Of a stretch of DNA of 49,248 bases, positions 1 to 10,326 are shown one piece after another (position 1 is the first letter of the stretch; each line of letters starts with the position of its first letter). The notes below the pieces were generated by a model that did not search any database, was not told the DNA's origin, and saw only the letters and a program-made list of their open reading frames with translations. Source of the DNA: a virus (Duplodnaviria > Caudoviricetes). The DNA is taken from positions 1 to 49,248 of IMG/VR virus record IMGVR_UViG_3300037440_000199; one strand, written 5' to 3'. A program made the position numbers and the translations under genes.

Positions 1-6
1 CTTGCT

Positions 7-31
7 TGAAAGCCGGCGGCGCCGGCTTTCA
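7..31. other. GC-rich inverted repeat/hairpin upstream of the scaffold gene region
   Basis: TGAAAGCCGGC-GGC-GCCGGCTTTCA: perfect 11-bp stem, 3-nt loop; no long U-tract. Confidence 0.55.
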
Positions 32-82
32 GGCAAAGGTCGTGATGTCGTCCTACACCTATCTCACATTTCAACAGTCAAG

Positions 83-283
83 TCAAATCTGCGTGAGGGG
101 GTGGTCCGCTGCAATTCCAGCTATCCCGTCGGAAGGGCTCCCGGAGCCCTTATCGCCGGCCAGCGGTGCCACCAAATCCCTCAGCTCCCGACCCCGTGAA
201 GGGTCGAAACCGCCACAATCGCACGGCCCCGGCTCCAGCGCCGGGCCGTTGTTTACCGCACAATCAGACCAGTGCTCCATCAC
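83..283 (-). CDS. small Cys/His-rich hypothetical phage protein
   Basis: 66 aa, HWSDCAVNNGPALEPGPCDCG; start overlaps the portal stop. Confidence 0.6.
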   Translation of the reverse strand: MMEHWSDCAVNNGPALEPGPCDCGGFDPSRGRELRDLVAPLAGDKGSGSPSDGIAGIAADHPLTQI

Positions 284-2424
284 ATCACCCCCGGCGCCTG
301 ACCTGTCATCGGCGACGGGTACGCGGGCTGCGCGCCCGGCTCATTCTCGTTTTCCTGCGGTCCCTGCGCGTTGTTGGCGCCCTTGCCCCCCTGCTGACCG
401 GGGTCGCTCTCGGCCCCCTCGCCAGCCCCGAACGGCGAGATCGGCTTGCTGGCCGCGGAGTTGAGCGCCGTAATGGATGGCACGCCGGCCGTGTACAGCT
501 CCTCCATGTCGATATCGAGCAATTCAGCGTACTTCTCGACCAACGGCTGCGGGTTCACCCCGGGAAGCTGGATCAGGTACGGCAGCGCCCGCTCCATGTT
601 GGCGAGATCGGCCGCTTTGTTGGGGCGGCCGCTCGACCCGGCGCGGATTTCGAGCAGCAAATCCTTGGCGATCTCCTCGCGGGTCGGCGGCGCGTCCGGC
701 CACACCGCCCCGGGGCCGACGATTTCCATCACGGTGTCCTTGGTGAGTTCGGCCAGCATCAGTTGGCCGGTCGCCTTGGCAAGCGCGGACAGGAACTCGT
801 CGAGGTCGTCCACATTGTCGGCGATCGACGACACCCGCGACTGCTCAGCGATCGACGATTCGGTCGCGGTGCCGCCAGAAATGGCCCCTAAATTCGCCTC
901 TTGGGTGCCGACCGCCCGGAGGGCATCTTTGTATTGCTCCTCGACCTGGTACTGATTCGGATCGATCCCGGTGTGCTCGAACTTCTGGACCCGCTTGTTG
1001 ATGTCGTCCTGCGGGCTCAGCGAGTTGAACGCCACGATCCCGTGCGCCGGGACATCCTCGAACGACTTCAAATCCTTGTCTTCGATCGCTCCCGCGCTGA
1101 CGAAATACTTCGGCCGATTCGCTTGCCGGTGCTCCCGGAGCCCCTGCCGGGCGCGGTTGTAGTCTTGCTGTGGGTGGCGCATCAGCCACACGTCGGACGG
1201 CGGGTACTTCTCCTTTTCGTTCTCCACCTCGTTGAACACGAGCGGGAACAGCGGGAAGAACCGCTCCAGCTTCACGTCGGGCGCTTGCGGCTCGACGACG
1301 AAATCCGGGTAGCCCTCAATGATCGTGAAGCACTGCCGATTCTTCTTGTCGTGAACCTTGTAGACCCGGCACATGGACTTCTTTTTGTCGCCCTTGCGCT
1401 TCTTGTCGTCGGCGCCCTTGTACTTCGTGTAGGTATCCTTCAGGTCGAGCGGATTCCCGTCCGCGTCCTTATAGGTCTCCGCCACCGTCCGGGGCGTCAT
1501 ATCGTATTCGCGCGCGTACCACTGCGCGCCGCGAAGCGTCTTGATGTTCTGCACCTCCTCGTCGATGATGATCTTGCGCGGGTTTGGCCAGTCGAACACC
1601 GGCCCTTCGCGGACGATCAGCATCGCCTGCTGTTGCAAGTCCTGGAGGTTGAGCCGCAGTTCCTCGATGGTCGGGCTGTCTTCCTCCAGCTTGCCTTCCG
1701 ACATCTCATGGAGACCCGTTTCGACGGCCTTGATCTTGGCGGTCAAATCGCTGATCTGCGCGTCATTGTCGGGCCGCTTCTCTAAAATGCGCTGATAGCC
1801 GAGTTCGCAGAAGCCGATACAACACACCTTCACGCGGCGCACCAGGGACTTCATCTCGGCCTTGAGATCGCAATCCTGCTCGCCCGCGAAGTAGGTCCAC
1901 AGGATCTCCATCGTCTTGCCGATCTTGTCGACCATCTTGTTGTACTGATCGACGGCCTCGATCTCCTGCAACAACGCCATGACTTGCGGATCGGGGGGCG
2001 CGAGCGGTGCCACACCCAGCGCCGCAGCCTCCTGCAACATCGCCATCGACTGCACCGCCGCTTGGAGCGTCTGCGGGTCGCCGTCCCAGATTTGGTACAT
2101 CAGCCGCTTACGGCGTTTCGCCGTCACGCGCGGGTCTTTGGCGTAGAGCGCCGCCACGATCTGGTTAATGTGCCGTGGGATGATCGGCACCGTGTAGCTG
2201 TTGCTGTCGACCCACGCTTTATCGGCGCCCTCGCTGGCCAACTGCTCGCACTTGTCCATACGCTTGAAGATGTGGTCCCAATGCTTCTTGGCGCACTGGA
2301 TGCGTTCTTCCCACTCCTTGACCAATGCGGCGCGCGACGGCTCGACCTCCGGGCCAACGCCGTCGTACGCCGGCACGTCGGTAGACGGGGCGTCTTTCAC
2401 TTCCGGGTCTGACACGTCAACCAT
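280..2424 (-). CDS. portal protein
   Basis: 714 aa directly after TerL; TATE motif (GGTATESSIAEQ), helical composition, acidic Pro/Gly-rich C-terminus typical of podoviral portals. Confidence 0.85.
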   Translation of the reverse strand: MVDVSDPEVKDAPSTDVPAYDGVGPEVEPSRAALVKEWEERIQCAKKHWDHIFKRMDKCEQLASEGADKAWVDSNSYTVPIIPRHINQIVAALYAKDPRVTAKRRKRLMYQIWDGDPQTLQAAVQSMAMLQEAAALGVAPLAPPDPQVMALLQEIEAVDQYNKMVDKIGKTMEILWTYFAGEQDCDLKAEMKSLVRRVKVCCIGFCELGYQRILEKRPDNDAQISDLTAKIKAVETGLHEMSEGKLEEDSPTIEELRLNLQDLQQQAMLIVREGPVFDWPNPRKIIIDEEVQNIKTLRGAQWYAREYDMTPRTVAETYKDADGNPLDLKDTYTKYKGADDKKRKGDKKKSMCRVYKVHDKKNRQCFTIIEGYPDFVVEPQAPDVKLERFFPLFPLVFNEVENEKEKYPPSDVWLMRHPQQDYNRARQGLREHRQANRPKYFVSAGAIEDKDLKSFEDVPAHGIVAFNSLSPQDDINKRVQKFEHTGIDPNQYQVEEQYKDALRAVGTQEANLGAISGGTATESSIAEQSRVSSIADNVDDLDEFLSALAKATGQLMLAELTKDTVMEIVGPGAVWPDAPPTREEIAKDLLLEIRAGSSGRPNKAADLANMERALPYLIQLPGVNPQPLVEKYAELLDIDMEELYTAGVPSITALNSAASKPISPFGAGEGAESDPGQQGGKGANNAQGPQENENEPGAQPAYPSPMTGQAPGVM

Positions 2425-2428
2425 TACT

Positions 2429-4075
2429 CTACCACCCTGCTAAGCCGGCAACGCGCTTCTCGCTACGCGCCCGTTTCTCGGAACTCCGTAAAATCCACTC
2501 GATCGACCCGATCGGCGGCCCCGGCGTCTCGTGTCGTTCTGCGGGTGCCGCAACTTCCTTCATCAGCCCCAAGCCGATATAGGCGAGCCAGTCCACAAAG
2601 TCATCGTGGGCGCCTGTGGGGAAGCGCAGCATCTCCCCACGCGCCTGCTGCCACCACGGGGCGAACCGCGGGAACCGCACCTTCCCCATCCGCATCCGAC
2701 CCTGGATCGCCCGAGCGCGGAGCGCCTTGTCCTTGGACGGCGTGATGTGATCGATCGCCGTGTAGACCCGTTCCTCGCGCATCCGTTTGAGCAAGAACGG
2801 CCCAAACGATTTTGAGATGTTCTCCGATTCCATCCACCAGAGCATCGGCTTGTGGTTCTTGAACTGAATCAGCAGTTCGTCCACCGCCCTATCAGTCGCG
2901 AATCGGTCCCACACCACAGTCGGCAGCACCCATATGTCGTCGTTCTCGTCGATGCCGACACAGCCGAGCACCGTGAAGTCGCGCTCCGCCTTGGTGCTGA
3001 CCGCGTGATCCGACGCGCCATAGATGCGTAGGTTCTTGGGCAGTTCGTCCCGGTCGTACTCGACCAGGTCGGACGCCCGAAAATAATCGCCATCCTCGGG
3101 AGACGGTTTCCCCATGTAGAGGGATGAGAAGCCGCGCTTGTCGAGCCGCTTCTGCCGCGCAAGCCGCTCCAGTGAGTGACGTTGTTCCCACAGCGCCGAG
3201 ATCGGCTTATCGCCGAACTGCTCGCGCACCAGGTCGCTTTTCGGCTTCTCCAGCGTCAAACCGAGCGCCTTCGCAAGATCCGGGTCGGAGATCACCGCTG
3301 GAACGTTTAAGTAAAGCCAATCACCCGCGATGCCGGCGTATTCCTTGTCGCGATCAGGGTGCTCGGGGTCACACAGCCGGCCGATCAGGTCGTCGCCACT
3401 CCACCGCGTATGGACAACTACCACCGCGGAATCATTATGCGTACGGGTGGACGCGGTGCGGGCGAACCAGTGCCAGAGCCGCTGCCGATAAGTATCGGAT
3501 TGCGCTTCTTCATCGGACTTAATCGGGTCATCAACCACGAAGATGTCGGCCGGCTTACCCATCGCCGCGCCGCCGCCGACACCCGCGAACACCGATTTAC
3601 CACCAACCGTCGTGATGAGCAGATCCTTGGCTTTGCCGCCGTCGCGCAATTCGCATTCCGGGAACACTTGGCGAAACATATGTGAGTTTACAATCGCCCG
3701 CACGTCGTCGCCGAAACCGTTGGCGCTATCCTGATTGTAGCTAGCGATAATCATATTGATCCGCGGATTACGGCCAACCTGCCACGCCGGGAACACTCGG
3801 CTAATGAGCTGGCTCTTGCCTGTCTGCGGGGCGATCGACAGCGCGAAGTTACGAGCGCCCGACTTGGCCAGTATCTCGCGACGATCGATCTTGTGCAGAA
3901 TCTCGCACAACAGCCGAGCTTGCGGGGTGACCTGGTACAACGACTTATCAGGGTTATCCATGTCGTTTGGGTCCGGCATGGCAAGCTGCGCAAACTTCAG
4001 CAGGTCGTCGTGCGCCTCCCGCACAGCGATGAGGCGTTTCGTTGCCCTGAGAAGTTCCTGCTTGTCGGCGCTCAA
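2429..4075 (-). CDS. terL: terminase large subunit
   Basis: Walker A APQTGKS, Walker B VVDDP, VHTRW coupling motif, nuclease ASDHA...HDDFVD; start placed at TTG 4075 (GGAGG RBS, overlaps upstream TGA) rather than 4240. Confidence 0.92.
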   Translation of the reverse strand: MSADKQELLRATKRLIAVREAHDDLLKFAQLAMPDPNDMDNPDKSLYQVTPQARLLCEILHKIDRREILAKSGARNFALSIAPQTGKSQLISRVFPAWQVGRNPRINMIIASYNQDSANGFGDDVRAIVNSHMFRQVFPECELRDGGKAKDLLITTVGGKSVFAGVGGGAAMGKPADIFVVDDPIKSDEEAQSDTYRQRLWHWFARTASTRTHNDSAVVVVHTRWSGDDLIGRLCDPEHPDRDKEYAGIAGDWLYLNVPAVISDPDLAKALGLTLEKPKSDLVREQFGDKPISALWEQRHSLERLARQKRLDKRGFSSLYMGKPSPEDGDYFRASDLVEYDRDELPKNLRIYGASDHAVSTKAERDFTVLGCVGIDENDDIWVLPTVVWDRFATDRAVDELLIQFKNHKPMLWWMESENISKSFGPFLLKRMREERVYTAIDHITPSKDKALRARAIQGRMRMGKVRFPRFAPWWQQARGEMLRFPTGAHDDFVDWLAYIGLGLMKEVAAPAERHETPGPPIGSIEWILRSSEKRARSEKRVAGLAGW

Positions 4076-4278
4076 CTGCGGGTCCTCCGCTTGCTGGCGC
4101 TTCGCGTCTTCCTCTGAACCGGGCGGCGCTGCTTCGGCGAGCGATCCGGGAAATGGATAAAGCCGATCGGCTCCGACTTCTTCCGTGGGCTCTTGCCGGG
4201 GACCGTCGTCACGCTCCCGACGCCGATGCAATCCGGCCAAACGTCGCCATTTTCATCGGTCCAACCCCGGCGGCTCAT
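4072..4278 (-). CDS. small basic hypothetical protein
   Basis: 68 aa, coupled by ATGA and TTGA overlaps to both neighbours. Confidence 0.55.
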   Translation of the reverse strand: MSRRGWTDENGDVWPDCIGVGSVTTVPGKSPRKKSEPIGFIHFPDRSPKQRRPVQRKTRSASKRRTRS

Positions 4279-5519
4279 ACCGTTGCCCCCCCCAACATCT
4301 GCGGCGAGATGACAAGACGCGACACCTCGCCAAATTTCTTGTGATAGGTGATGACCTTTGCGGAGCGGCCGACGAGCCAGCCGCCATTCGCCGCAAAGGC
4401 GTCCCGCGCGGCCAGCGTCTCGTGCCGCTCCACCTTCATCAGGTTAGTGGACTTGAGCTCGTCGGAGTGTAGGTGCCCGATGTGGGCGTAGCTGCGCTTC
4501 GTGCGGCCGAACACGTCACGGAACTGACCGGCGAACACCGAATCCACGTCGGCGATCTTGCGCTTGTGGCCGTGGTGGTAGAACAGCGACGTTTCGCCGT
4601 GCTCATAGCAATAGTACGTGCTGGCGCTGCTATCGACCGTCACGCGCGACTCGTCCTCAAAGAACGCCGCGAACATCTCGCGCAGCCACGCGCCACCGGC
4701 CGGGTCGTGATTGGCGTCCGCCATCACGATGTGGACACGCTCGTGCTTCGCCAGCAACAACGCAACGATCTGGCGCAGGCACCGAATGACGGCCCGGATC
4801 ACCTTCTGGAGCCGCGAATCAGCGTCGAGCACGTGGGCGTGCGTGGGCGTGACGCTCTGATGCGAATCGTGGTGCAGCAAGTCGCCGAGCTGGGCCAGTA
4901 CCGCGGTGGCGGCGGGCGGGGACAACTCGACCGCGGCCGCGAACCAATCCACCAACAGCTTCTCGGCGATCTTCAGGTCGTAGTCCGCGCCGGTTTCCTC
5001 CCGCCACGACAGCATCCCCATGTGGAGATCGGTCACGGTGAATTGATTGAGCAGGTCGGTATTGCCTGACCGCGCCGGCAACGGCACGGGCTCGGCTCGC
5101 GGAACTTCCTCCTTGAGCGCCGCCACGACGGCGCGCATCGCGGCTTCCTGCTGCTCGGCGTCCGGCATATACCGCGGCCACGACTGAACTACGCGCCCTG
5201 CCGCGTCGACCTGCGCGGTGACCTTGCCAAGTACGTGCGTCGACGGCGGCTCATATTTCTCGCCGTGCTCTTGCTTTTGCGTGATGTGCTGGCCGCCGTC
5301 GGGGGCGGTCGTGACTTTTGTTATCTCAAATCCCGGCATCGCTGGGGGGTGATCGAGTAATTTGCCCTCACGCGCGGCGCGCTCCAGGCGCCTCCGCAAC
5401 GTCGCGCGGGCGATGCCGAGCTCGGCCGCGGCTTTACGCTCACTCCCGAGCCTCCGGTAAACATCAGCGGTGTGCTGGATATCCTCCTCGGGAGTGGACT
5501 CGTTGGCTACCGCCACCAC
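4275..5519 (-). CDS. HTH + calcineurin-like metallophosphoesterase
   Basis: N-terminal HTH (SERKAAAELGIARATLRRRL); DLHMG, LGDLLHHD, NHD, HHGH, GHLH motifs. Confidence 0.8.
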   Translation of the reverse strand: MVAVANESTPEEDIQHTADVYRRLGSERKAAAELGIARATLRRRLERAAREGKLLDHPPAMPGFEITKVTTAPDGGQHITQKQEHGEKYEPPSTHVLGKVTAQVDAAGRVVQSWPRYMPDAEQQEAAMRAVVAALKEEVPRAEPVPLPARSGNTDLLNQFTVTDLHMGMLSWREETGADYDLKIAEKLLVDWFAAAVELSPPAATAVLAQLGDLLHHDSHQSVTPTHAHVLDADSRLQKVIRAVIRCLRQIVALLLAKHERVHIVMADANHDPAGGAWLREMFAAFFEDESRVTVDSSASTYYCYEHGETSLFYHHGHKRKIADVDSVFAGQFRDVFGRTKRSYAHIGHLHSDELKSTNLMKVERHETLAARDAFAANGGWLVGRSAKVITYHKKFGEVSRLVISPQMLGGATV

Positions 5520-5800
5520 GTCCTCACGAGTTCGATTGAGAGGTTGGCGACCCCCGCCAGCACGAACGCCGCCACCGAGACGATCTTGAGGCCGAATCGC
5601 TTGGTTCGCCGGTAGTCCTCGACGTGCGGGTGCATTTCCTCAACCTTGGCGACCACCGTCGGCATTTGTGCCTTGATCTCCGTCAGATCCCGGGCAATCA
5701 GCTCGGTCTTGGCTTCGTGCGCCGCGCTGCGGGCCAGTAGCGTCTTCACGGCGTTGTTAACCTCGCCCAGCCGGAACGACACTTCATCGAGCGAACTCAT
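5507..5800 (-). CDS. coiled-coil protein with C-terminal TM helix (holin/antiholin-like)
   Basis: 97 aa; C-terminal hydrophobic segment IVSVAAFVLAGVANLSI. Confidence 0.55.
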   Translation of the reverse strand: MSSLDEVSFRLGEVNNAVKTLLARSAAHEAKTELIARDLTEIKAQMPTVVAKVEEMHPHVEDYRRTKRFGLKIVSVAAFVLAGVANLSIELVRTWWR

Positions 5801-5892
5801 GACGTTGTAGGTTTCTGCGACATTTGTCGTCCTACGTCAAGCCGGTCGCTTTTCGGTTGCGGGGCCACGCCCCGTTCGGTAGAATGGGCGCC

Positions 5893-6078
5893 ATGGAACC
5901 CCTGACCCCCGAAGAACTGGCCACCACCTACGCGCTGCGGTCGCCCCATGATCTGCATGTCCCGACGCTCGCCGAGATATTCCGGCGCGAAGGGATCGAG
6001 ACGCTGGAACAGGCGTCGGCCTACGTGCGGGCGCGCGACGAGGTCGGCGAGATGGACGCCATCCACGGGTCCAAGTGA
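5893..6078 (+). CDS. small antisense moron ORF, probably leaderless
   Basis: TTGCGG-17-TAGAAT (5857-5885) with ATG 7 nt downstream; opposite strand to flanking late genes. Confidence 0.55.
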   Translation: MEPLTPEELATTYALRSPHDLHVPTLAEIFRREGIETLEQASAYVRARDEVGEMDAIHGSK

Positions 6079-6083
6079 CCACA

Positions 6084-9000
6084 TTACGCCTGGAACCCGC
6101 CCGAGCACGCCGCGAAGTCGTTGACGCTTGCGGGGGCCTTCAGGTTTGTTATGCTGCCCGAACCAAGAAAATGCTCCGGCTGAACCGACGCGGAGCCGCT
6201 GGACTGTATCCGCGTCCCAACAAAGTTACCGACGATCGTCCCGGAAACCGACGAGTTCAGACCGTCGATACACACGTCGGCCGGCGATGCGCTGCGATTA
6301 AGGAACTCATTCCCCGTAACCGCGACCTTCTTGGGCGAAGCACCAACGAAGTTAATCATCTGACCCCCGTTCGCGGTCAGCTGACAGCCGTTGATGATCG
6401 CCCGGACCTCACTCCCATCCCCCGATTGGTTCGTTAGATCGAAACAGACTGCGCCAGACCCCGCCGTGTTCCCGGCGTCCAAGACGCAGCCGGTGAATAT
6501 GGCGTGAACGCTGTGGTTGGTCTCCGCCGAGATCGACGACCCGATCCGCATCCGAACACTTGCACTTTCGCCCCGGTCAAAGACAACGTTCGTGAACTGC
6601 CGATTTCCGAGGTGCTGCTGGCTGCCGTCCATATCCAGCGCGTAGGCGCAGTTGGCGTTGGTGAGGTTGATTTCACCATTCATCACCTTCCATGCATCGC
6701 CGCCGAGCCCGGCGCCCGGGTGCATCCAGATGCCGCGCGTGTCGTACTGCTCCGCGTCCCCATCTGACGCCGTGATGAAGAAATTGCTGAGTTTGATGTT
6801 GTTGGAGCCCTGATCGTCGATGCCCGCTCCGTCGCCCGGGCCGTGAATGTCGATTTTTAGCCCGTTAATAGACGACTGCGTGCAAGTCGTACTGTCGGAG
6901 GTACTGCCCAATTGGAGGCCAACATGAACCCCCTCTAGGCGCACATCGTCGATTTCCCAACGTGATCCATTGACAGCCTTGATCGCGACGCCTGACGGTG
7001 TTCCCGACAGCGAATCGAAGTTCAGTTCCAGGTTCTCCAGACGCCAACGGGACGACGCGGTGCCGCTGGTCCCCATCGTGAACAGATTGGCGTTCGTGGT
7101 GCCGGTCTTCTCAATGACGCAGTCCTCGGACGACGCGCCCCGGATCGTCCAAAAATTTCCTGTGATAGTGTCGAGCGCCCCACCAGACACAATCGAATTA
7201 CCAATCGGAACCAGGAACGACCTGTAGAGGTTCGAGTTGATCATGGAGACGACGGTCTGCCACGCGGTGCGATCGTCCGTGCTGCCGTCAAGCACCATCC
7301 CGATCATCCGGGTGTTGATGATTTCCTCAGCCGGTTCCCACCAGTCGCCACCGGCATCCTGGAACTTGGCGTCGTGGGTAGGCTCGGACGTGCTGACGTT
7401 GCGCCACAGCCCGTGACCGCCGTCGCCGAGCGAGGCGTAGCCGTGAACGTAAAGCTGGCCGTATGCCGAAACGTCGGCCGCCGCGGCGTCCGTGGTGTCG
7501 GCGAACTGCGGAATGCCGCCGAGGTTCGCGAGCGTTCCGGGCGCGTCACCGGCCGTCAGCGCGCCTTGGATTTCGAGGTTGCCGGATTCGTCGATTTCGA
7601 GGCGATTGACCAGCGGCGTACCGCCATCCCGGGTGAACAACGCCACACGGCCGGCATTCGCACCTGTCTTCTCGGCAACCAAGGCCGCGGCAAACACGTC
7701 GGTATCGCCGGCGGTAAGGGTAGCCGCAGCCCTCGTGCCGGTATCGGGATTGGAAAGAGCAAGCTGCCGCGCCGCGTTGACTTGAGCATTGGTGAGCGAC
7801 GACCCGACCGGAGCAGAAACCGCAGCGGTGTCGGACCGAGTAATGCTCTGGACGGTCGTGAACGCATTAACCTGACCGAGCAGCGCCGTCACGGTGCCGT
7901 CGACGGTAAACTCCTGGCCCGTCAGCGTGAGGCCAGTGCCGGCGCTATACGAGTTAGCGGCCTGGGTCTGGACGAACGTGATGTCGTCCGTATCGACGAC
8001 TGGCGCGGTCGTATTCGAGCACTTCCACTTCGTCGCTTCGTTAGCGGTGCCCTCGAGCACCAGAACTTGCCGGCCGACGAACTCACCCGTTTCATCGTTG
8101 TCAGTCGCGCGAGTCGGGGCGCCGGTCGCCTCGACCGTGTAGACGCCGTTCTCGGATTCGTCGGCCTGATCTTTGATGAGAACGCGATCACCGGTGGCGA
8201 GCACCACACCATCAACCGTATCGCCATCCTCGAAGTCTGACGCCAACGTTCCGGCCGTCGTCGTCGCGGCAACCACCGGGTCGAGATCGACAAAGCCGGT
8301 AGCGATTTGGGTGTCGACGTACGTCTTGACGGCGTGCTCGGTGACCGCGTCGGTTTCGCTGTCGTCGCCGAGCGTCACGTCGTTGCTGAGCCCGGCCACT
8401 GCCGCGGCGCCGAGCTCCAACGCGGTGCGGGCGCCGGCGGCGTCATCCGCTCCGGTGCCACCGTTCGCCAACGCAAGGATGGACGACCCGACTGCCGCGG
8501 CCTCGGACAGGTCGATCGAACCGAACGCGAGCGCATCGCCGGCGCCGCTGATCCGGAGGATCTGGTCGGCCGTACCAACGATATTGCCGCGGTTCGCCGT
8601 GCTGTTGCCGGTGACGCCCACCACCGAGCGGGCGGAACCTTGCGCCAGCTTGGCGTTCGACACTGCGTTATCGGCGATCGTCACCACCCCTTCGGAGTCG
8701 ACCGTGATATCGCCCGACAGGGACAGGGGGTCCGTGGCCAAGTCCACCAGGAGTTCCCAGAAGCCAGTGTTCAGGTCTTCCGAGAAATCCGCCGTTGACG
8801 TGTGCGACTCGATGGCGCGATAGAGCGACGTGAAATTGATAACCACGTCGCCGGGGACATAGGCGGTTTCCGCCGCCCAGACGGTCGCGGGGTTGATACC
8901 GACCAGTACTTCGGCTTTGAGCTGGTCGAACCCGACGGTCTGATTGGCAAGCGCGGTGTCGTCGCGCTGGATGAGCGCAAGATTCGCCAGAATCGCGTTG

Positions 9001-9122
9001 AACGTATTGACGACGGCGTTGAATTCGGTGTCGACCGTCTGCCCGGGAAGTGGGGTCGACGGGCTGAGGCTCTGGATGTCCTGGAAATTGGCTACGCGTT
9101 CGTAGGGAGTCGGTTGTGCCAC
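6084..9122 (-). CDS. tail fibre/tailspike with C-terminal beta-helix (depolymerase-like) domain
   Basis: 1012 aa; N-terminal attachment region, W..ETAYVPGDVV module, DGVVLATGDRVLIKDQ...ENGVY module, GMVLDGSTDDRTAWQ start of a pectin-lyase-like region. Confidence 0.8.
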   Translation of the reverse strand: MAQPTPYERVANFQDIQSLSPSTPLPGQTVDTEFNAVVNTFNAILANLALIQRDDTALANQTVGFDQLKAEVLVGINPATVWAAETAYVPGDVVINFTSLYRAIESHTSTADFSEDLNTGFWELLVDLATDPLSLSGDITVDSEGVVTIADNAVSNAKLAQGSARSVVGVTGNSTANRGNIVGTADQILRISGAGDALAFGSIDLSEAAAVGSSILALANGGTGADDAAGARTALELGAAAVAGLSNDVTLGDDSETDAVTEHAVKTYVDTQIATGFVDLDPVVAATTTAGTLASDFEDGDTVDGVVLATGDRVLIKDQADESENGVYTVEATGAPTRATDNDETGEFVGRQVLVLEGTANEATKWKCSNTTAPVVDTDDITFVQTQAANSYSAGTGLTLTGQEFTVDGTVTALLGQVNAFTTVQSITRSDTAAVSAPVGSSLTNAQVNAARQLALSNPDTGTRAAATLTAGDTDVFAAALVAEKTGANAGRVALFTRDGGTPLVNRLEIDESGNLEIQGALTAGDAPGTLANLGGIPQFADTTDAAAADVSAYGQLYVHGYASLGDGGHGLWRNVSTSEPTHDAKFQDAGGDWWEPAEEIINTRMIGMVLDGSTDDRTAWQTVVSMINSNLYRSFLVPIGNSIVSGGALDTITGNFWTIRGASSEDCVIEKTGTTNANLFTMGTSGTASSRWRLENLELNFDSLSGTPSGVAIKAVNGSRWEIDDVRLEGVHVGLQLGSTSDSTTCTQSSINGLKIDIHGPGDGAGIDDQGSNNIKLSNFFITASDGDAEQYDTRGIWMHPGAGLGGDAWKVMNGEINLTNANCAYALDMDGSQQHLGNRQFTNVVFDRGESASVRMRIGSSISAETNHSVHAIFTGCVLDAGNTAGSGAVCFDLTNQSGDGSEVRAIINGCQLTANGGQMINFVGASPKKVAVTGNEFLNRSASPADVCIDGLNSSVSGTIVGNFVGTRIQSSGSASVQPEHFLGSGSITNLKAPASVNDFAACSGGFQA

Positions 9123-9271
9123 GGTGTGCCCATGCGGTCAAACGCCGTGGGCGAAACGGCCGAAACGTCCCTAGCGGATACTACACTGTCGGAATACGAG
9201 ACGCAAGTAGGGCTGCGCTATGCGGCCCAGCGCATAACCGCGATTTATGCGCCAAACTGCCTACGCCAGGG

Positions 9272-9436
9272 CTACCGCGGGTCCAACCAAGGACCGTGCA
9301 TGTCGTTGCGCGCCACCGCCAAACCCGCGCGGATCAACTCCGCCGCCGGAACGATGTTTTCCGCGTGAATGTTTGCGATACCGTGCCGCTGCGCTTCACG
9401 CAGCAAATCCGCGGCTTCTTCGCTCAAATCACTCAC
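9272..9436 (-). CDS. small hypothetical protein (54 aa, not in ORF track)
   Basis: GTG overlapping the SLT stop; MSDLSEEAADLLREAQRHG...WLDPR. Confidence 0.5.
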   Translation of the reverse strand: MSDLSEEAADLLREAQRHGIANIHAENIVPAAELIRAGLAVARNDMHGPWLDPR

Positions 9437-10125
9437 GCCAGCACCAAATTCGGCGACGCGTTCGCGAAAATCGACACCATGTCGTTGCGTTTCGGCTTTT
9501 TTCCGCCCTCGGGGGGCTTTTCGGCCGCTTGTGGCTGTTGCGCGGACATCAGTTGCGCCAGCATGGCGCCGAGCCCGTTTTGGGTAGGATCCACCCCAGT
9601 TTGGGTAGGAGGAGACGCTTGTATTCCCGCCGGCGGGACGGCGCCTCCTCCGGATGCCGGGGAGCTACCGCCGGCAAACTTCTTCGTCCACAAATTAGCG
9701 AAATCGCCGGCCGTCATGCCGGGTTGGCCGGCGTTGAGGGCGATCGCCTTGTCGCCGACGACCGACGCGGCTGGTGCGCTGGCGTTCCGGAGCAGATTTA
9801 TCGCTCCACCCGCCCCTTGCTGGTGCATGAGATACATCTCTCCAGGAGAAGGATCGCGGCCGAGCGCCGTTCGGAAGTGGTTCCGGTTGTCAACAGTGAA
9901 ACGAGCCATCGCATCGGTGTTGGCAATTGCGTCGGACTTTGGGGCGCCTCTGCCATACTGGTTCCACGTAGGGTCGATGAACTGAAACAGCCCGCCGGCG
10001 CTCGAACTAGGGTTCTTGGCGGCCGGGTTCATGCCTGATTCGATCTGCGCCGACCGCATCAGATAATCGGCGGGGAGCCCGTACTGCGCGGCGGCCTGTT
10101 GGATGATGTCGGCGACTGTCGGCAT
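9433..10125 (-). CDS. lytic transglycosylase (SLT-like), probably virion-associated
   Basis: IESGMNPAAKNPSSSAGGLFQF catalytic motif; YLMHQQGAGGA. Confidence 0.85.
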   Translation of the reverse strand: MPTVADIIQQAAAQYGLPADYLMRSAQIESGMNPAAKNPSSSAGGLFQFIDPTWNQYGRGAPKSDAIANTDAMARFTVDNRNHFRTALGRDPSPGEMYLMHQQGAGGAINLLRNASAPAASVVGDKAIALNAGQPGMTAGDFANLWTKKFAGGSSPASGGGAVPPAGIQASPPTQTGVDPTQNGLGAMLAQLMSAQQPQAAEKPPEGGKKPKRNDMVSIFANASPNLVLA

Positions 10126-10326
10126 ACGGTGTTATACGCCAATTGCGGATTGCGTACAACTGTCTGGCGGTAGAGGCTGCACAGGCGGCCAGAACGTGTT
10201 CCCGTAAGTACCCACGACCACGATCCCGTCGTTGGTCGAAGCGTGCTGCGGGAGATTGCTCGTCAGGAAGCGGATAAGCCGGGTACTGGCGATAAAGAGT
10301 CTAGGGTGCCCCACGGTTTATCTCTG

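Noticed and set aside
4076-4240. N-terminal extension of TerL in the ORF track
   Set aside because: Overlaps a coupled 68-aa ORF; better RBS and start at TTG 4075
6084-9122. Diversity-generating retroelement or invertible tail-fibre system
   Set aside because: No reverse transcriptase, template/variable repeat pair or invertase is visible
10132-10320. Hammerhead (CTGACGAG on minus strand), fourth ncRNA unit, or 60-aa ORF
   Set aside because: No correctly placed GAAA, no clear promoter or terminator, and no good RBS; left unannotated
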